This document shows positions 12,654 through 27,017 of a stretch of DNA of 64,000 nt, one piece after another. Every line of letters begins with the position of its first letter. Positions within the stretch are counted from its first letter, which is position 1. Where the stretch lies: assembly GCA_964057225.1 (NCBI GenBank), contig OZ059900.1, positions 25,730,001 through 25,794,000 of the forward strand, in the 5' to 3' direction. The notes beneath the pieces were generated by a model. The model did not search any database. It was not told the origin of the DNA and saw nothing but the letters and a program-made list of their open reading frames with translations. The position numbers were made by a program, and so were the translations under genes. The DNA is from Auanema rhodensis (lineage: Eukaryota; Animalia; Nematoda).

Positions 12654-15600
12654 CCTCAGAATATGCTAATTTCCTTAATTTTCTAACCCCTGTTTTTTTG
12701 TCGTGAAAGTGGAACTAGACGTTGTACGAACAATTTTGAGCTAGGTTTCATTGACATTGCATGAGTTTGAACACATGAAATCGTAAGTCAAAACCTTGTT
12801 TACAGCGAAATTTCCAAAAACTGGTTTTCCAGCATAATAAAATATTTCTCATGGGAAATACTGTGTTTTTGTATTTTTCTAGTGTTCAGCATGTGAAATG
12901 CTTCATTTTAGTATGTAACACGCTGAAATTCGTTGCATTTGACGACTCATATGAACAAAAATCGATTTAATCAATATTAGCCATAAGGGGCGTGCCCTCA
13001 GAATATGCTAATTTCCTTAATTTTCTAACCCCTGTTTTTTTGTCGTGAAAGTGGAACTAGACGTTGTACGAACAATTTTGAGCTAGGTTTCATTGACATT
13101 GCATGAGTTTGAACACATGAAATCGTAAGTCAAAACCTTGTTTACAGCGAAATTTCCAAAAACTGGTTTTCCAGCATAATACAATATTTCTCATGGGAAA
13201 TACTGTGTTTTTGTATTTTTCTAGTGTTCAGAATGTAGAATGCTTCATTTTAGTACGTAACACGCTGAAATTCGTTGCATTTGACGACTCATATGAACAA
13301 AAATCGATTTAATCAATATTAGCCATAAGGGGCGTGCCCTCAGAATATGCTAATTTCCTTAATTTTCTAACCCCTGTTTTTTTGTCGTGAAAGTGGAACT
13401 AGACGTTGTACGAACAATTTTGAGCTAGGTTTCATTGACATTGCATGAGTTTGAACACATGAAATCGTAAGTCAAAACCTTGTTTACAGCGAAATTTCCA
13501 AAAACTGGTTTTCCAGCATAATAAAATATTTCTCATGGGAAATACTGTGTTTTTGTATTTTTCTAGTGTTCAGCATGTAAAATGCTTCATTTTAGTATGT
13601 AACACGCTGAAATTCGTTGCATTTGACGACTCATAAGAACAAAAATCGATTTAATCAATATTAGCCATAAGGGGCGTGCCCTCAGAATATGCTAATTTCC
13701 TTAATTTTCTAACCCCTGTTTTTTTGTCGTGAAAGTGGAACTAGACGTTGTACGAACAATTTTGAGCTAGGTTTCATTGACATTGCATGAGTTTGAACAC
13801 ATGAAATCGTAAGTCAAAACCTTGTTTACAGCGAAATTTCCAAAAACTGGTTTTCCAGCATAATAAAATATTTGTCATGGGAAATACCGTGTTTTTGTAT
13901 TTTTCTAGTGTTCAGAATGTAGAATGCTTCATTTTAGTACGTAACACGCTGAAATTCGTTGCATTTGACGACTCATATGAACAAAAATCGATTTAATCAA
14001 TATTAGCCATAAGGGGCGTGCCCTCAGAATATGCTAATTTCCTTAATTTTCTAACCCCTGTTTTTTTGTCGTGAAAGTGGAACTAGACGTTGTACGAACA
14101 ATTTTGAGCTAGGTTTCATTGACATTGCATGAGTTTGAACACATGAAATCGTAAGTCAAAACCTTGTTTACAGCGAAATTTCCAAAAACTGGTTTTCCAG
14201 CATAATAAAATATTTCTCATGGGAAATACTGTGTTTTTGTATTTTTCTAGTGTTCAGCATGTGAAATGCTTCATTTTAGTATGTAACACGCTGAAATTCG
14301 TTGCATTTGACGACTCATATGAACAAAAATCGATTTAATCAATATTAGCCATAAGGGGCGTGCCCTCAGAATATGCTAATTTCCTTAATTTTCTAACCCC
14401 TGTTTTTTTGTCGTGAAAGTGGAACTAGACGTTGTACGAACAATTTTGAGCTAGGTTTCATTGACATTGCATGAGTTTGAACACATGAAATCGTAAGTCA
14501 AAACCTTGTTTACAGCGAAATTTCCAAAAACTGGTTTTCCAGCATAATACAATATTTCTCATGGGAAATACTGTGTTTTTGTATTTTTCTAGTGTTCAGA
14601 ATGTAGAATGCTTCATTTTAGTACGTAACACGCTGAAATTCGTTGCATTTGACGACTCATATGAACAAAAATCGATTTAATCAATATTAGCCATAAGGGG
14701 CGTGCCCTCAGAATATGCTAATTTCCTTAATTTTCTAACCCCTGTTTTTTTGTCGTGAAAGTGGAACTAGACGTTGTACGAACAATTTTGAGCTAGGTTT
14801 CATTGACATTGCATGAGTTTGAACACATGAAATCGTAAGTCAAAACCTTGTTTACAGCGAAATTTCCAAAAACTGGTTTTCCAGCATAATAAAATATTTC
14901 TCATGGGAAATACTGTGTTTTTGTATTTTTCTAGTGTTCAGCATGTAAAATGCTTCATTTTAGTATGTAACACGCTGAAATTCGTTGCATTTGACGACTC
15001 ATAAGAACAAAAATCGATTTAATCAATATTAGCCATAAGGGGCGTGCCCTCAGAATATGCTAATTTCCTTAATTTTCTAACCCCTGTTTTTTTGTCGTGA
15101 AAGTGGAACTAGACGTTGTACGAACAATTTTGAGCTAGGTTTCATTGACATTGCATGAGTTTGAACACATGAAATCGTAAGTCAAAACCTTGTTTACAGC
15201 GAAATTTCCAAAAACTGGTTTTCCAGCATAATAAAATATTTGTCATGGGAAATACAGTGTTTTTGTATTTTTTTAGTGTTCAGCATGTAAAATGCGTCAT
15301 TTTAGTATGTAAAACGCTGAAATTCGTTGCATTTGACGACTCATATGAACAAAAATCGATTTTATCAATATTAGCCATAAGGGGCGTGCCCTCAGAATAT
15401 GCTAATTTCCTTAATTTTCTAACCCCTGTTTTTTTGTCGTGAAAGTGGAACTAGACGTTGTACGAACAATTTTGAGCTAGGTTTCATTGACATTGCATGA
15501 GTTTGAACACATGAAATCGTAAGTCAAAACCTTGTTTACAGCGAAATTTCCAAAAACTGGTTTTCCAGCATAATAAAATATTTCTCATGGGAAATACTGT

Positions 15601-18600
15601 GTTTTTGTATTTTTCTAGTGTTCAGCATGTGAAATGCTTCATTTTAGTATGTAACACGCTGAAATTCGTTGCATTTGACGACTCATATGAACAAAAATCG
15701 ATTTAATCAATATTAGCCATAAGGGGCGTGCCCTCAGAATATGCTAATTTCCTTAATTTTCTAACCCCTGTTTTTTTGTCGTGAAAGTGGAACTAGACGT
15801 TGTACGAACAATTTTGAGCTAGGTTTCATTGACATTGCATGAGTTTGAACACATGAAATCGTAAGTCAAAACCTTGTTTACAGCGAAATTTCCAAAAACT
15901 GGTTTTCCAGCATAATACAATATTTCTCATGGGAAATACTGTGTTTTTGTATTTTTCTAGTGTTCAGAATGTAGAATGCTTCATTTTAGTACGTAACACG
16001 CTGAAATTCGTTGCATTTGACGACTCATATGAACAAAAATCGATTTTATCAATATTAGCCATAAGGGGCGTGCCCTCAGAATATGCTAATTTCCTTAATT
16101 TTCTAACCCCTGTTTTTTTGTCGTGAAAGTGGAACTAGACGTTGTACGAACAATTTTGAGCTAGGTTTCATTGACATTGCATGAGTTTGAACACATGAAA
16201 TCGTAAGTCAAAACCTTGTTTACAGCGAAATTTCCAAAAACTGGTTTTCCAGCATAATAAAATATTTCTCATGGGAAATACTGTGTTTTTGTATTTTTCT
16301 AGTGTTCAGCATGTGAAATGCTTCATTTTAGTATGTAACACGCTGAAATTCGTTGCATTTGACGACTCATATGAACAAAAATCGATTTAATCAATATTAG
16401 CCATAAGGGGCGTGCCCTCAGAATATGCTAATTTCCTTAATTTTCTAACCCCTGTTTTTTTGTCGTGAAAGTGGAACTAGACGTTGTACGAACAATTTTG
16501 AGCTAGGTTTCATTGACATTGCATGAGTTTGAACACATGAAATCGTAAGTCAAAACCTTGTTTACAGCGAAATTTCCAAAAACTGGTTTTCCAGCATAAT
16601 ACAATATTTCTCATGGGAAATACTGTGTTTTTGTATTTTTCTAGTGTTCAGAATGTAGAATGCTTCATTTTAGTACGTAACACGCTGAAATTCGTTGCAT
16701 TTGACGACTCATATGAACAAAAATCGATTTAATCAATATTAGCCATAAGGGGCGTGCCCTCAGAATATGCTAATTTCCTTAATTTTCTAACCCCTGTTTT
16801 TTTGTCGTGAAAGTGGAACTAGACGTTGTACGAACAATTTTGAGCTAGGTTTCATTGACATTGCATGAGTTTGAACACATGAAATCGTAAGTCAAAACCT
16901 TGTTTACAGCGAAATTTCCAAAAACTGGTTTTCCAGCATAATAAAATATTTCTCATGGGAAATACTGTGTTTTTGTATTTTTCTAGTGTTCAGCATGTAA
17001 AATGCTTCATTTTAGTATGTAACACGCTGAAATTCGTTGCATTTGACGACTCATAAGAACAAAAATCGATTTAATCAATATTAGCCATAAGGGGCGTGCC
17101 CTCAGAATATGCTAATTTCCTTAATTTTCTAACCCCTGTTTTTTTGTCGTGAAAGTGGAACTAGACGTTGTACGAACAATTTTGAGCTAGGTTTCATTGA
17201 CATTGCATGAGTTTGAACACATGAAATCGTAAGTCAAAACCTTGTTTACAGCGAAATTTCCAAAAACTGGTTTTCCAGCATAATAAAATATTTGTCATGG
17301 GAAATACAGTGTTTTTGTATTTTTTTAGTGTTCAGCATGTAAAATGCGTCATTTTAGTATGTAAAACGCTGAAATTCGTTGCATTTGACGACTCATATGA
17401 ACAAAAATCGATTTTATCAATATTAGCCATAAGGGGCGTGCCCTCAGAATATGCTAATTTCCTTAATTTTCTAACCCCTGTTTTTTTGTCGTGAAAGTGG
17501 AACTAGACGTTGTACGAACAATTTTGAGCTAGGTTTCATTGACATTGCATGAGTTTGAACACATGAAATCGTAAGTCAAAACCTTGTTTACAGCGAAATT
17601 TCCAAAAACTGGTTTTCCAGCATAATACAATATTTCTCATGGGAAATACTGTGTTTTTGTATTTTTCTAGTGTTCAGAATGTAGAATGCTTCATTTTAGT
17701 ACGTAACACGCTGAAATTCGTTGCATTTGACGACTCATATGAACAAAAATCGATTTAATCAATATTAGCCATAAGGGGCGTGCCCTCAGAATATGCTAAT
17801 TTCCTTAATTTTCTAACCCCTGTTTTTTTGTCGTGAAAGTGGAACTAGACGTTGTACGAACAATTTTGAGCTAGGTTTCATTGACATTGCATGAGTTTGA
17901 ACACATGAAATCGTAAGTCAAAACCTTGTTTACAGCGAAATTTCCAAAAACTGGTTTTCCAGCATAATAAAATATTTCTCATGGGAAATACTGTGTTTTT
18001 GTATTTTTCTAGTGTTCAGCATGTGAAATGCTTCATTTTAGTATGTAACACGCTGAAATTCGTTGCATTTGACGACTCATATGAACAAAAATCGATTTAA
18101 TCAATATTAGCCATAAGGGGCGTGCCCTCAGAATATGCTAATTTCCTTAATTTTCTAACCCCTGTTTTTTTGTCGTGAAAGTGGAACTAGACGTTGTACG
18201 AACAATTTTGAGCTAGGTTTCATTGACATTGCATGAGTTTGAACACATGAAATCGTAAGTCAAAACCTTGTTTACAGCGAAATTTCCAAAAACTGGTTTT
18301 CCAGCATAATAAAATATTTCTCATGGGAAATACAGTGTTTTTGTATTTTTTTAGTGTTCAGCATGTAAAATGCGTCATTTTAGTATGTAAAACGCTGAAA
18401 TTCGTTGCATTTGACGACTCATATGAACAAAAATCGATTTTATCAATATTAGCCATAAGGGGCGTGCCCTCAGAATATGCTAATTTCCTTAATTTTCTAA
18501 CCCCTGTTTTTTTGTCGTGAAAGTGGAACTAGACGTTGTACGAACAATTTTGAGCTAGGTTTCATTGACATTGCATGAGTTTGAACACATGAAATCGTAA

Positions 18601-21600
18601 GTCAAAACCTTGTTTACAGCGAAATTTCCAAAAACTGGTTTTCCAGCATAATACAATATTTCTCATGGGAAATACTGTGTTTTTGTATTTTTCTAGTGTT
18701 CAGAATGTAGAATGCTTCATTTTAGTACGTAACACGCTGAAATTCGTTGCATTTGACGACTCATATGAACAAAAATCGATTTAATCAATATTAGCCATAA
18801 GGGGCGTGCCCTCAGAATATGCTAATTTCCTTAATTTTCTAACCCCTGTTTTTTTGTCGTGAAAGTGGAACTAGACGTTGTACGAACAATTTTGAGCTAG
18901 GTTTCATTGACATTGCATGAGTTTGAACACATGAAATCGTAAGTCAAAACCTTGTTTACAGCGAAATTTCCAAAAACTGGTTTTCCAGCATAATAAAATA
19001 TTTCTCATGGGAAATACTGTGTTTTTGTATTTTTCTAGTGTTCAGCATGTAAAATGCTTCATTTTAGTATGTAACACGCTGAAATTCGTTGCATTTGACG
19101 ACTCATATGAACAAAAATCGATTTAATCAATATTAGCCATAAGGGGCGTGCCCTCAGAATATGCTAATTTCCTTAATTTTCTAACCCCTGTTTTTTTGTC
19201 GTGAAAGTGGAACTAGACGTTGTACGAACAATTTTGAGCTAGGTTTCATTGACATTGCATGAGTTTGAACACATGAAATCGTAAGTCAAAACCTTGTTTA
19301 CAGCGAAATTTCCAAAAACTGGTTTTCCAGCATAATACAATATTTCTCATGGGAAATACCGTGTTTTTGTATTTTTCTAGTGTTCAGAATGTAGAATGCT
19401 TCATTTTAGTACGTAACACGCTGAAATTCGTTGCATTTGACGACTCATATGAACAAAAATCGATTTAATCAATATTAGCCATAAGGGGCGTGCCCTCAGA
19501 ATATGCTAATTTCCTTAATTTTCTAACCCCTGTTTTTTTGTCGTGAAAGTGGAACTAGACGTTGTACGAACAATTTTGAGCTAGGTTTCATTGACATTGC
19601 ATGAGTTTGAACACATGAAATCGTAAGTCAAAACCTTGTTTACAGCGAAATTTCCAAAAACTGGTTTTCCAGCATAATAAAATATTTCTCATGGGAAATA
19701 CAGTGTTTTTGTATTTTTCTAGTGTTCAGCATGTGAAATGCTTCATTTTAGTATGTAACACGCTGAAATTCGTTGCATTTGACGACTCATATGAACAAAA
19801 ATCGATTTAATCAATATTAGCCATAAGGGGCGTGCCCTCAGAATATGCTAATTTCCTTAATTTTCTAACCCCTGTTTTTTTGTCGTGAAAGTGGAACTAG
19901 ACGTTGTACGAACAATTTTGAGCTAGGTTTCATTGACATTGCATGAGTTTGAACACATGAAATCGTAAGTCAAAACCTTGTTTACAGCGAAATTTCCAAA
20001 AACTGGTTTTCCAGCATAATAAAATATTTCTCATGGGAAATACAGTGTTTTTGTATTTTTTTAGTGTTCAGCATGTAAAATGCGTCATTTTAGTATGTAA
20101 AACGCTGAAATTCGTTGCATTTGACGACTCATATGAACAAAAATCGATTTTATCAATATTAGCCATAAGGGGCGTGCCCTCAGAATATGCTAATTTCCTT
20201 AATTTTCTAACCCCTGTTTTTTTGTCGTGAAAGTGGAACTAGACGTTGTACGAACAATTTTGAGCTAGGTTTCATTGACATTGCATGAGTTTGAACACAT
20301 GAAATCGTAAGTCAAAACCTTGTTTACAGCGAAATTTCCAAAAACTGGTTTTCCAGCATAATAAAATATTTCTCATGGGAAATACTGTGTTTTTGTATTT
20401 TTCTAGTGTTCAGCATGTAAAATGCTTCATTTTAGTATGTAACACGCTGAAATTCGTTGCATTTGACGACTCATAAGAACAAAAATCGATTTAATCAATA
20501 TTAGCCATAAGGGGCGTGCCCTCAGAATATGCTAATTTCCTTAATTTTCTAACCCCTGTTTTTTTGTCGTGAAAGTGGAACTAGACGTTGTACGAACAAT
20601 TTTGAGCTAGGTTTCATTGACATTGCATGAGTTTGAACACATGAAATCGTAAGTCAAAACCTTGTTTACAGCGAAATTTCCAAAAACTGGTTTTCCAGCA
20701 TAATACAATATTTCTCATGGGAAACACTGTGTTTTTGTATTTTTTTAGTGTTCAGCATGTAAAATGCGTCATTTTAGTATGTAAAACGCTGAAATTCGTT
20801 GCATTTGACGACTCATATGAACAAAAATCGATTTTATCAATATTAGCCATAAGGGGCGTGCCCTCAGAATATGCTAATTTCCTTAATTTTCTAACCCCTG
20901 TTTTTTTGTCGTGAAAGTGGAACTAGACGTTGTACGAACAATTTTGAGCTAGGTTTCATTGACATTGCATGAGTTTGAACACATGAAATCGTAAGTCAAA
21001 ACCTTGTTTACAGCGAAATTTCCAAAAACTGGTTTTCCAGCATAATACAATATTTCTCATGGGAAATACTGTGTTTTTGTATTTTTCTAGTGTTCAGAAT
21101 GTAGAATGCTTCATTTTAGTACGTAACACGCTGAAATTCGTTGCATTTGACGACTCATATGAACAAAAATCGATTTAATCAATATTAGCCATAAGGGGCG
21201 TGCCCTCAGAATATGCTAATTTCCTTAATTTTCTAACCCCTGTTTTTTTGTCGTGAAAGTGGAACTAGACGTTGTACGAACAATTTTGAGCTAGGTTTCA
21301 TTGACATTGCATGAGTTTGAACACATGAAATCGTAAGTCAAAACCTTGTTTACAGCGAAATTTCCAAAAACTGGTTTTCCAGCATAATAAAATATTTCTC
21401 ATGGGAAATACTGTGTTTTTGTATTTTTCTAGTGTTCAGCATGTGAAATGCTTCATTTTAGTATGTAACACGCTGAAATTCGTTGCATTTGACGACTCAT
21501 ATGAACAAAAATCGATTTAATCAATATTAGCCATAAGGGGCGTGCCCTCAGAATATGCTAATTTCCTTAATTTTCTAACCCCTGTTTTTTTGTCGTGAAA

Positions 21601-24600
21601 GTGGAACTAGACGTTGTACGAACAATTTTGAGCTAGGTTTCATTGACATTGCATGAGTTTGAACACATGAAATCGTAAGTCAAAACCTTGTTTACAGCGA
21701 AATTTCCAAAAACTGGTTTTCCAGCATAATAAAATATTTCTCATGGGAAATACAGTGTTTTTGTATTTTTTTAGTGTTCAGCATGTAAAATGCGTCATTT
21801 TAGTATGTAAAACGCTGAAATTCGTTGCATTTGACGACTCATATGAACAAAAATCGATTTTATCAATATTAGCCATAAGGGGCGTGCCCTCAGAATATGC
21901 TAATTTCCTTAATTTTCTAACCCCTGTTTTTTTGTCGTGAAAGTGGAACTAGACGTTGTACGAACAATTTTGAGCTAGGTTTCATTGACATTGCATGAGT
22001 TTGAACACATGAAATCGTAAGTCAAAACCTTGTTTACAGCGAAATTTCCAAAAACTGGTTTTCCAGCATAATACAATATTTCTCATGGGAAATACTGTGT
22101 TTTTGTATTTTTCTAGTGTTCAGAATGTAGAATGCTTCATTTTAGTACGTAACACGCTGAAATTCGTTGCATTTGACGACTCATATGAACAAAAATCGAT
22201 TTAATCAATATTAGCCATAAGGGGCGTGCCCTCAGAATATGCTAATTTCCTTAATTTTCTAACCCCTGTTTTTTTGTCGTGAAAGTGGAACTAGACGTTG
22301 TACGAACAATTTTGAGCTAGGTTTCATTGACATTGCATGAGTTTGAACACATGAAATCGTAAGTCAAAACCTTGTTTACAGCGAAATTTCCAAAAACTGG
22401 TTTTCCAGCATAATAAAATATTTCTCATGGGAAATACTGTGTTTTTGTATTTTTCTAGTGTTCAGCATCTAAAATGCTTCATTTTAGTATGTAACACGCT
22501 GAAATTCGTTGCATTTGACGACTCATATGAACAAAAATCGATTTAATCAATATTAGCCATAAGGGGCGTGCCCTCAGAATATGCTAATTTCCTTAATTTT
22601 CTAACCCCTGTTTTTTTGTCGTGAAAGTGGAACTAGACGTTGTACGAACAATTTTGAGCTAGGTTTCATTGACATTGCATGAGTTTGAACACATGAAATC
22701 GTAAGTCAAAACCTTGTTTACAGCGAAATTTCCAAAAACTGGTTTTCCAGCATAATACAATATTTCTCATGGGAAACACTGTGTTTTTGTATTTTTTTAG
22801 TGTTCAGCATGTAAAATGCGTCATTTTAGTATGTAAAACGCTGAAATTCGTTGCATTTGACGACTCATATGAACAAAAATCGATTTTATCAATATTAGCC
22901 ATAAGGGGCGTGCCCTCAGAATATGCTAATTTCCTTAATTTTCTAACCCCTGTTTTTTTGTCGTGAAAGTGGAACTAGACGTTGTACGAACAATTTTGAG
23001 CTAGGTTTCATTGACATTGCATGAGTTTGAACACATGAAATCGTAAGTCAAAACCTTGTTTACAGCGAAATTTCCAAAAACTGGTTTTCCAGCATAATAC
23101 AATATTTCTCATGGGAAATACCGTGTTTTTGTATTTTTCTAGTGTTCAGAATGTAGAATGCTTCATTTTAGTACGTAACACGCTGAAATTCGTTGCATTT
23201 GACGACTCATATGAACAAAAATCGATTTAATCAATATTAGCCATAAGGGGCGTGCCCTCAGAATATGCTAATTTCCTTAATTTTCTAACCCCTGTTTTTT
23301 TGTCGTGAAAGTGGAACTAGACGTTGTACGAACAATTTTGAGCTAGGTTTCATTGACATTGCATGAGTTTGAACACATGAAATCGTAAGTCAAAACCTTG
23401 TTTACAGCGAAATTTCCAAAAACTGGTTTTCCAGCATAATAAAATATTTCTCATGGGAAATACAGTGTTTTTGTATTTTTCTAGTGTTCAGAATGTAGAA
23501 TGCTTCATTTTAGTATGTAAAACGCTGAAATTCGTTGCATTTGACGACTCATATGAACAAAAATCGATTTAATCAATATTAGCCATAAGGGGCGTGCCCT
23601 CAGAATATGCTAATTTCCTTAATTTTCTAACCCCTGTTTTTTTGTCGTGAAAGTGGAACTAGACGTTGTACGAACAATTTTGAGCTAGGTTTCATTGACA
23701 TTGCATGAGTTTGAACACATGAAATCGTAAGTCAAAACCTTGTTTACAGCGAAATTTCCAAAAACTGGTTTTCCAGCATAATAAAATATTTCTCATGGGA
23801 AATACTGTGTTTTTGTATTTTTCTAGTGTTCAGCATGTAAAATGCTTCATTTTAGTATGTAACACGCTGAAATTCGTTGCATTTGACGACTCATATGAAC
23901 AAAAATCGATTTAATCAATATTAGCCATAAGGGGCGTGCCCTCAGAATATGCTAATTTCCTTAATTTTCTAACCCCTGTTTTTTTGTCGTGAAAGTGGAA
24001 CTAGACGTTGTACGAACAATTTTGAGCTAGGTTTCATTGACATTGCATGAGTTTGAACACATGAAATCGTAAGTCAAAACCTTGTTTACAGCGAAATTTC
24101 CAAAAACTGGTTTTCCAGCATAATAAAATATTTGTCATGGGAAATACAGTGTTTTTGTATTTTTTTAGTGTTCAGCATGTAAAATGCGTCATATTAGTAT
24201 GTAAAACGCTGAAATTCGTTGCATTTGACGACTCATATGAACAAAAATCGATTTTATCAATATTAGCCATAAGGGGCGTGCCCTCAGAATATGCTAATTT
24301 CCTTAATTTTCTAACCCCTGTTTTTTTGTCGTGAAAGTGGAACTAGACGTTGTACGAACAATTTTGAGCTAGGTTTCATTGACATTGCATGAGTTTGAAC
24401 ACATGAAATCGTAAGTCAAAACCTTGTTTACAGCGAAATTTCCAAAAACTGGTTTTCCAGCATAATACAATATTTCTCATGGGATATACTGTGTTTTTGT
24501 ATTTTTCTAGTGTTCAGAATGTAGAATGCTTCATTTTAGTACGTAACACGCTGAAATTCGTTGCATTTGACGACTCATATGAACAAAAATCGATTTAATC

Positions 24601-27017
24601 AATATTAGCCATAAGGGGCGTGCCCTCAGAATATGCTAATTTCCTTAATTTTCTAACCCCTGTTTTTTTGTCGTGAAAGTGGAACTAGACGTTGTACGAA
24701 CAATTTTGAGCTAGGTTTCATTGACATTGCATGAGTTTGAACACATGAAATCGTAAGTCAAAACCTTGTTTACAGCGAAATTTCCAAAAACTGGTTTTCC
24801 AGCATAATAAAATATTTCTCATGGGAAATACAGTGTTTTTGTATTTTTTTAGTGTTCAGCATGTAAAATGCGTCATTTTAGTATGTAAAACGCTGAAATT
24901 CGTTGCATTTGACGACTCATATGAACAAAAATCGATTTTATCAATATTAGCCATAAGGGGCGTGCCCTCAGAATATGCTAATTTCCTTAATTTTCTAACC
25001 CCTGTTTTTTTGTCGTGAAAGTGGAACTAGACGTTGTACGAACAATTTTAAGCTAGGTTTCATTGACATTGCATGAGTTTGAACACATGAAATCGTAAGT
25101 CAAAACCTTGTTTACAGCGAAATTTCCAAAAACTGGTTTTCCAGCATAATACAATATTTCTCATGGGAAATACTGTGTTTTTGTATTTTTTTAGTGTTCA
25201 GCATGTAAAATGCGTCATTTTAGTATGTAATACGCTGAAATTCGTTGCATTTGACGACTCATATGAACAAAAATCGATTTTATCAATATTAGCCATAAGG
25301 GGCGTGCCCTCAGAATATGCTAATTTCCTTAATTTTCTAACCCCTGTTTTTTTGTCGTGAAAGTGGAACTAGACGTTGTACGAACAATTTTGAGCTAGGT
25401 TTCATTGACATTGCATGAGTTTGAACACATGAAATCGTAAGTCAAAACCTTGTTTACAGCGAAATTTCCAAAAACTGGTTTTCCAGCATAATACAATATT
25501 TCTCATGGGAAATACCGTGTTTTTGTATTTTTCTAGTGTTCAGAATGTAGAATGCTTCATTTTAGTACGTAACACGCTGAAATTCGTTGCATTTGACGAC
25601 TCATATGAACAAAAATCGATTTAATCAATATTAGCCATAAGGGGCGTGCCCTCAGAATATGCTAATTTCCTTAATATTCTAACCCCTGTTTTTTTGTCGT
25701 GAAAGTGGAACTAGACGTTGTACGAACAATTTTGAGCTAGGTTTCATTGACATTGCATGAGTTTGAACACATGAAATCGTAAGTCAAAACCTTGTTTACA
25801 GCGAAATTTCCAAAAACTGGTTTTCCAGCATAATAAAATATTTGTCATGGGAAATACAGTGTTTTTGTATTTTTTTAGTGTTCAGCATGTAAAATGCGTC
25901 ATTTTAGTATGTAAAACGCTGAAATTCGTTGCATTTGACGACTCATATGAACAAAAATCGATTTTATCAATATTAGCCATAAGGGGCGTGCCCTCAGAAT
26001 ATGCTAATTTCCTTAATTTTCTAACCCCTGTTTTTTTGTCGTGAAAGTGGAACTAGACGTTGTACGAACAATTTTGAGCTAGGTTTCATTGACATTGCAT
26101 GAGTTTGAACACATGAAATCGTAAGTCAAAACCTTGTTTACAGCGAAATTTCCAAAAACTGGTTTTCCAGCATAATACAATATTTCTCATGGGAAATACT
26201 GTGTTTTTGTATTTTTCTAGTGTTCAGAATGTAGAATGCTTCATTTTAGTACGTAACACGCTGAAATTCGTTGCATTTGACGACTCATATGAACAAAAAT
26301 CGATTTAATCAATATTAGCCATAAGGGGCGTGCCCTCAGAATATGCTAATTTCCTTAATTTTCTAACCCCTGTTTTTTTGTCGTGAAAGTGGAACTAGAC
26401 GTTGTACGAACAATTTTAAGCTAGGTTTCATTGACATTGCATGAGTTTGAACACATGAAATCGTAAGTCAAAACCTTGTTTACAGCGAAATTTCCAAAAA
26501 CTGGTTTTCCAGCATAATACAATATTTCTCATGGGAAATACTGTGTTTTTGTATTTTTTTAGTGTTCAGCATGTAAAATGCGTCATTTTAGTATGTAATA
26601 CGCTGAAATTCGTTGCATTTGACGACTCATATGAACAAAAATCGATTTTATCAATATTAGCCATAAGGGGCGTGCCCTCAGAATATGCTAATTTCCTTAA
26701 TTTTCTAACCCCTGTTTTTTTGTCGTGAAAGTGGAACTAGACGTTGTACGAACAATTTTGAGCTAGGTTTCATTGACATTGCATGAGTTTGAACACATGA
26801 AATCGTAAGTCAAAACCTTGTTTACAGCGAAATTTCCAAAAACTGGTTTTCCAGCATAATACAATATTTCTCATGGGAAATACCGTGTTTTTGTATTTTT
26901 CTAGTGTTCAGAATGTAGAATGCTTCATTTTAGTACGTAACACGCTGAAATTCGTTGCATTTGACGACTCATATGAACAAAAATCGATTTAATCAATATT
27001 AGCCATAAGGGGCGTGC

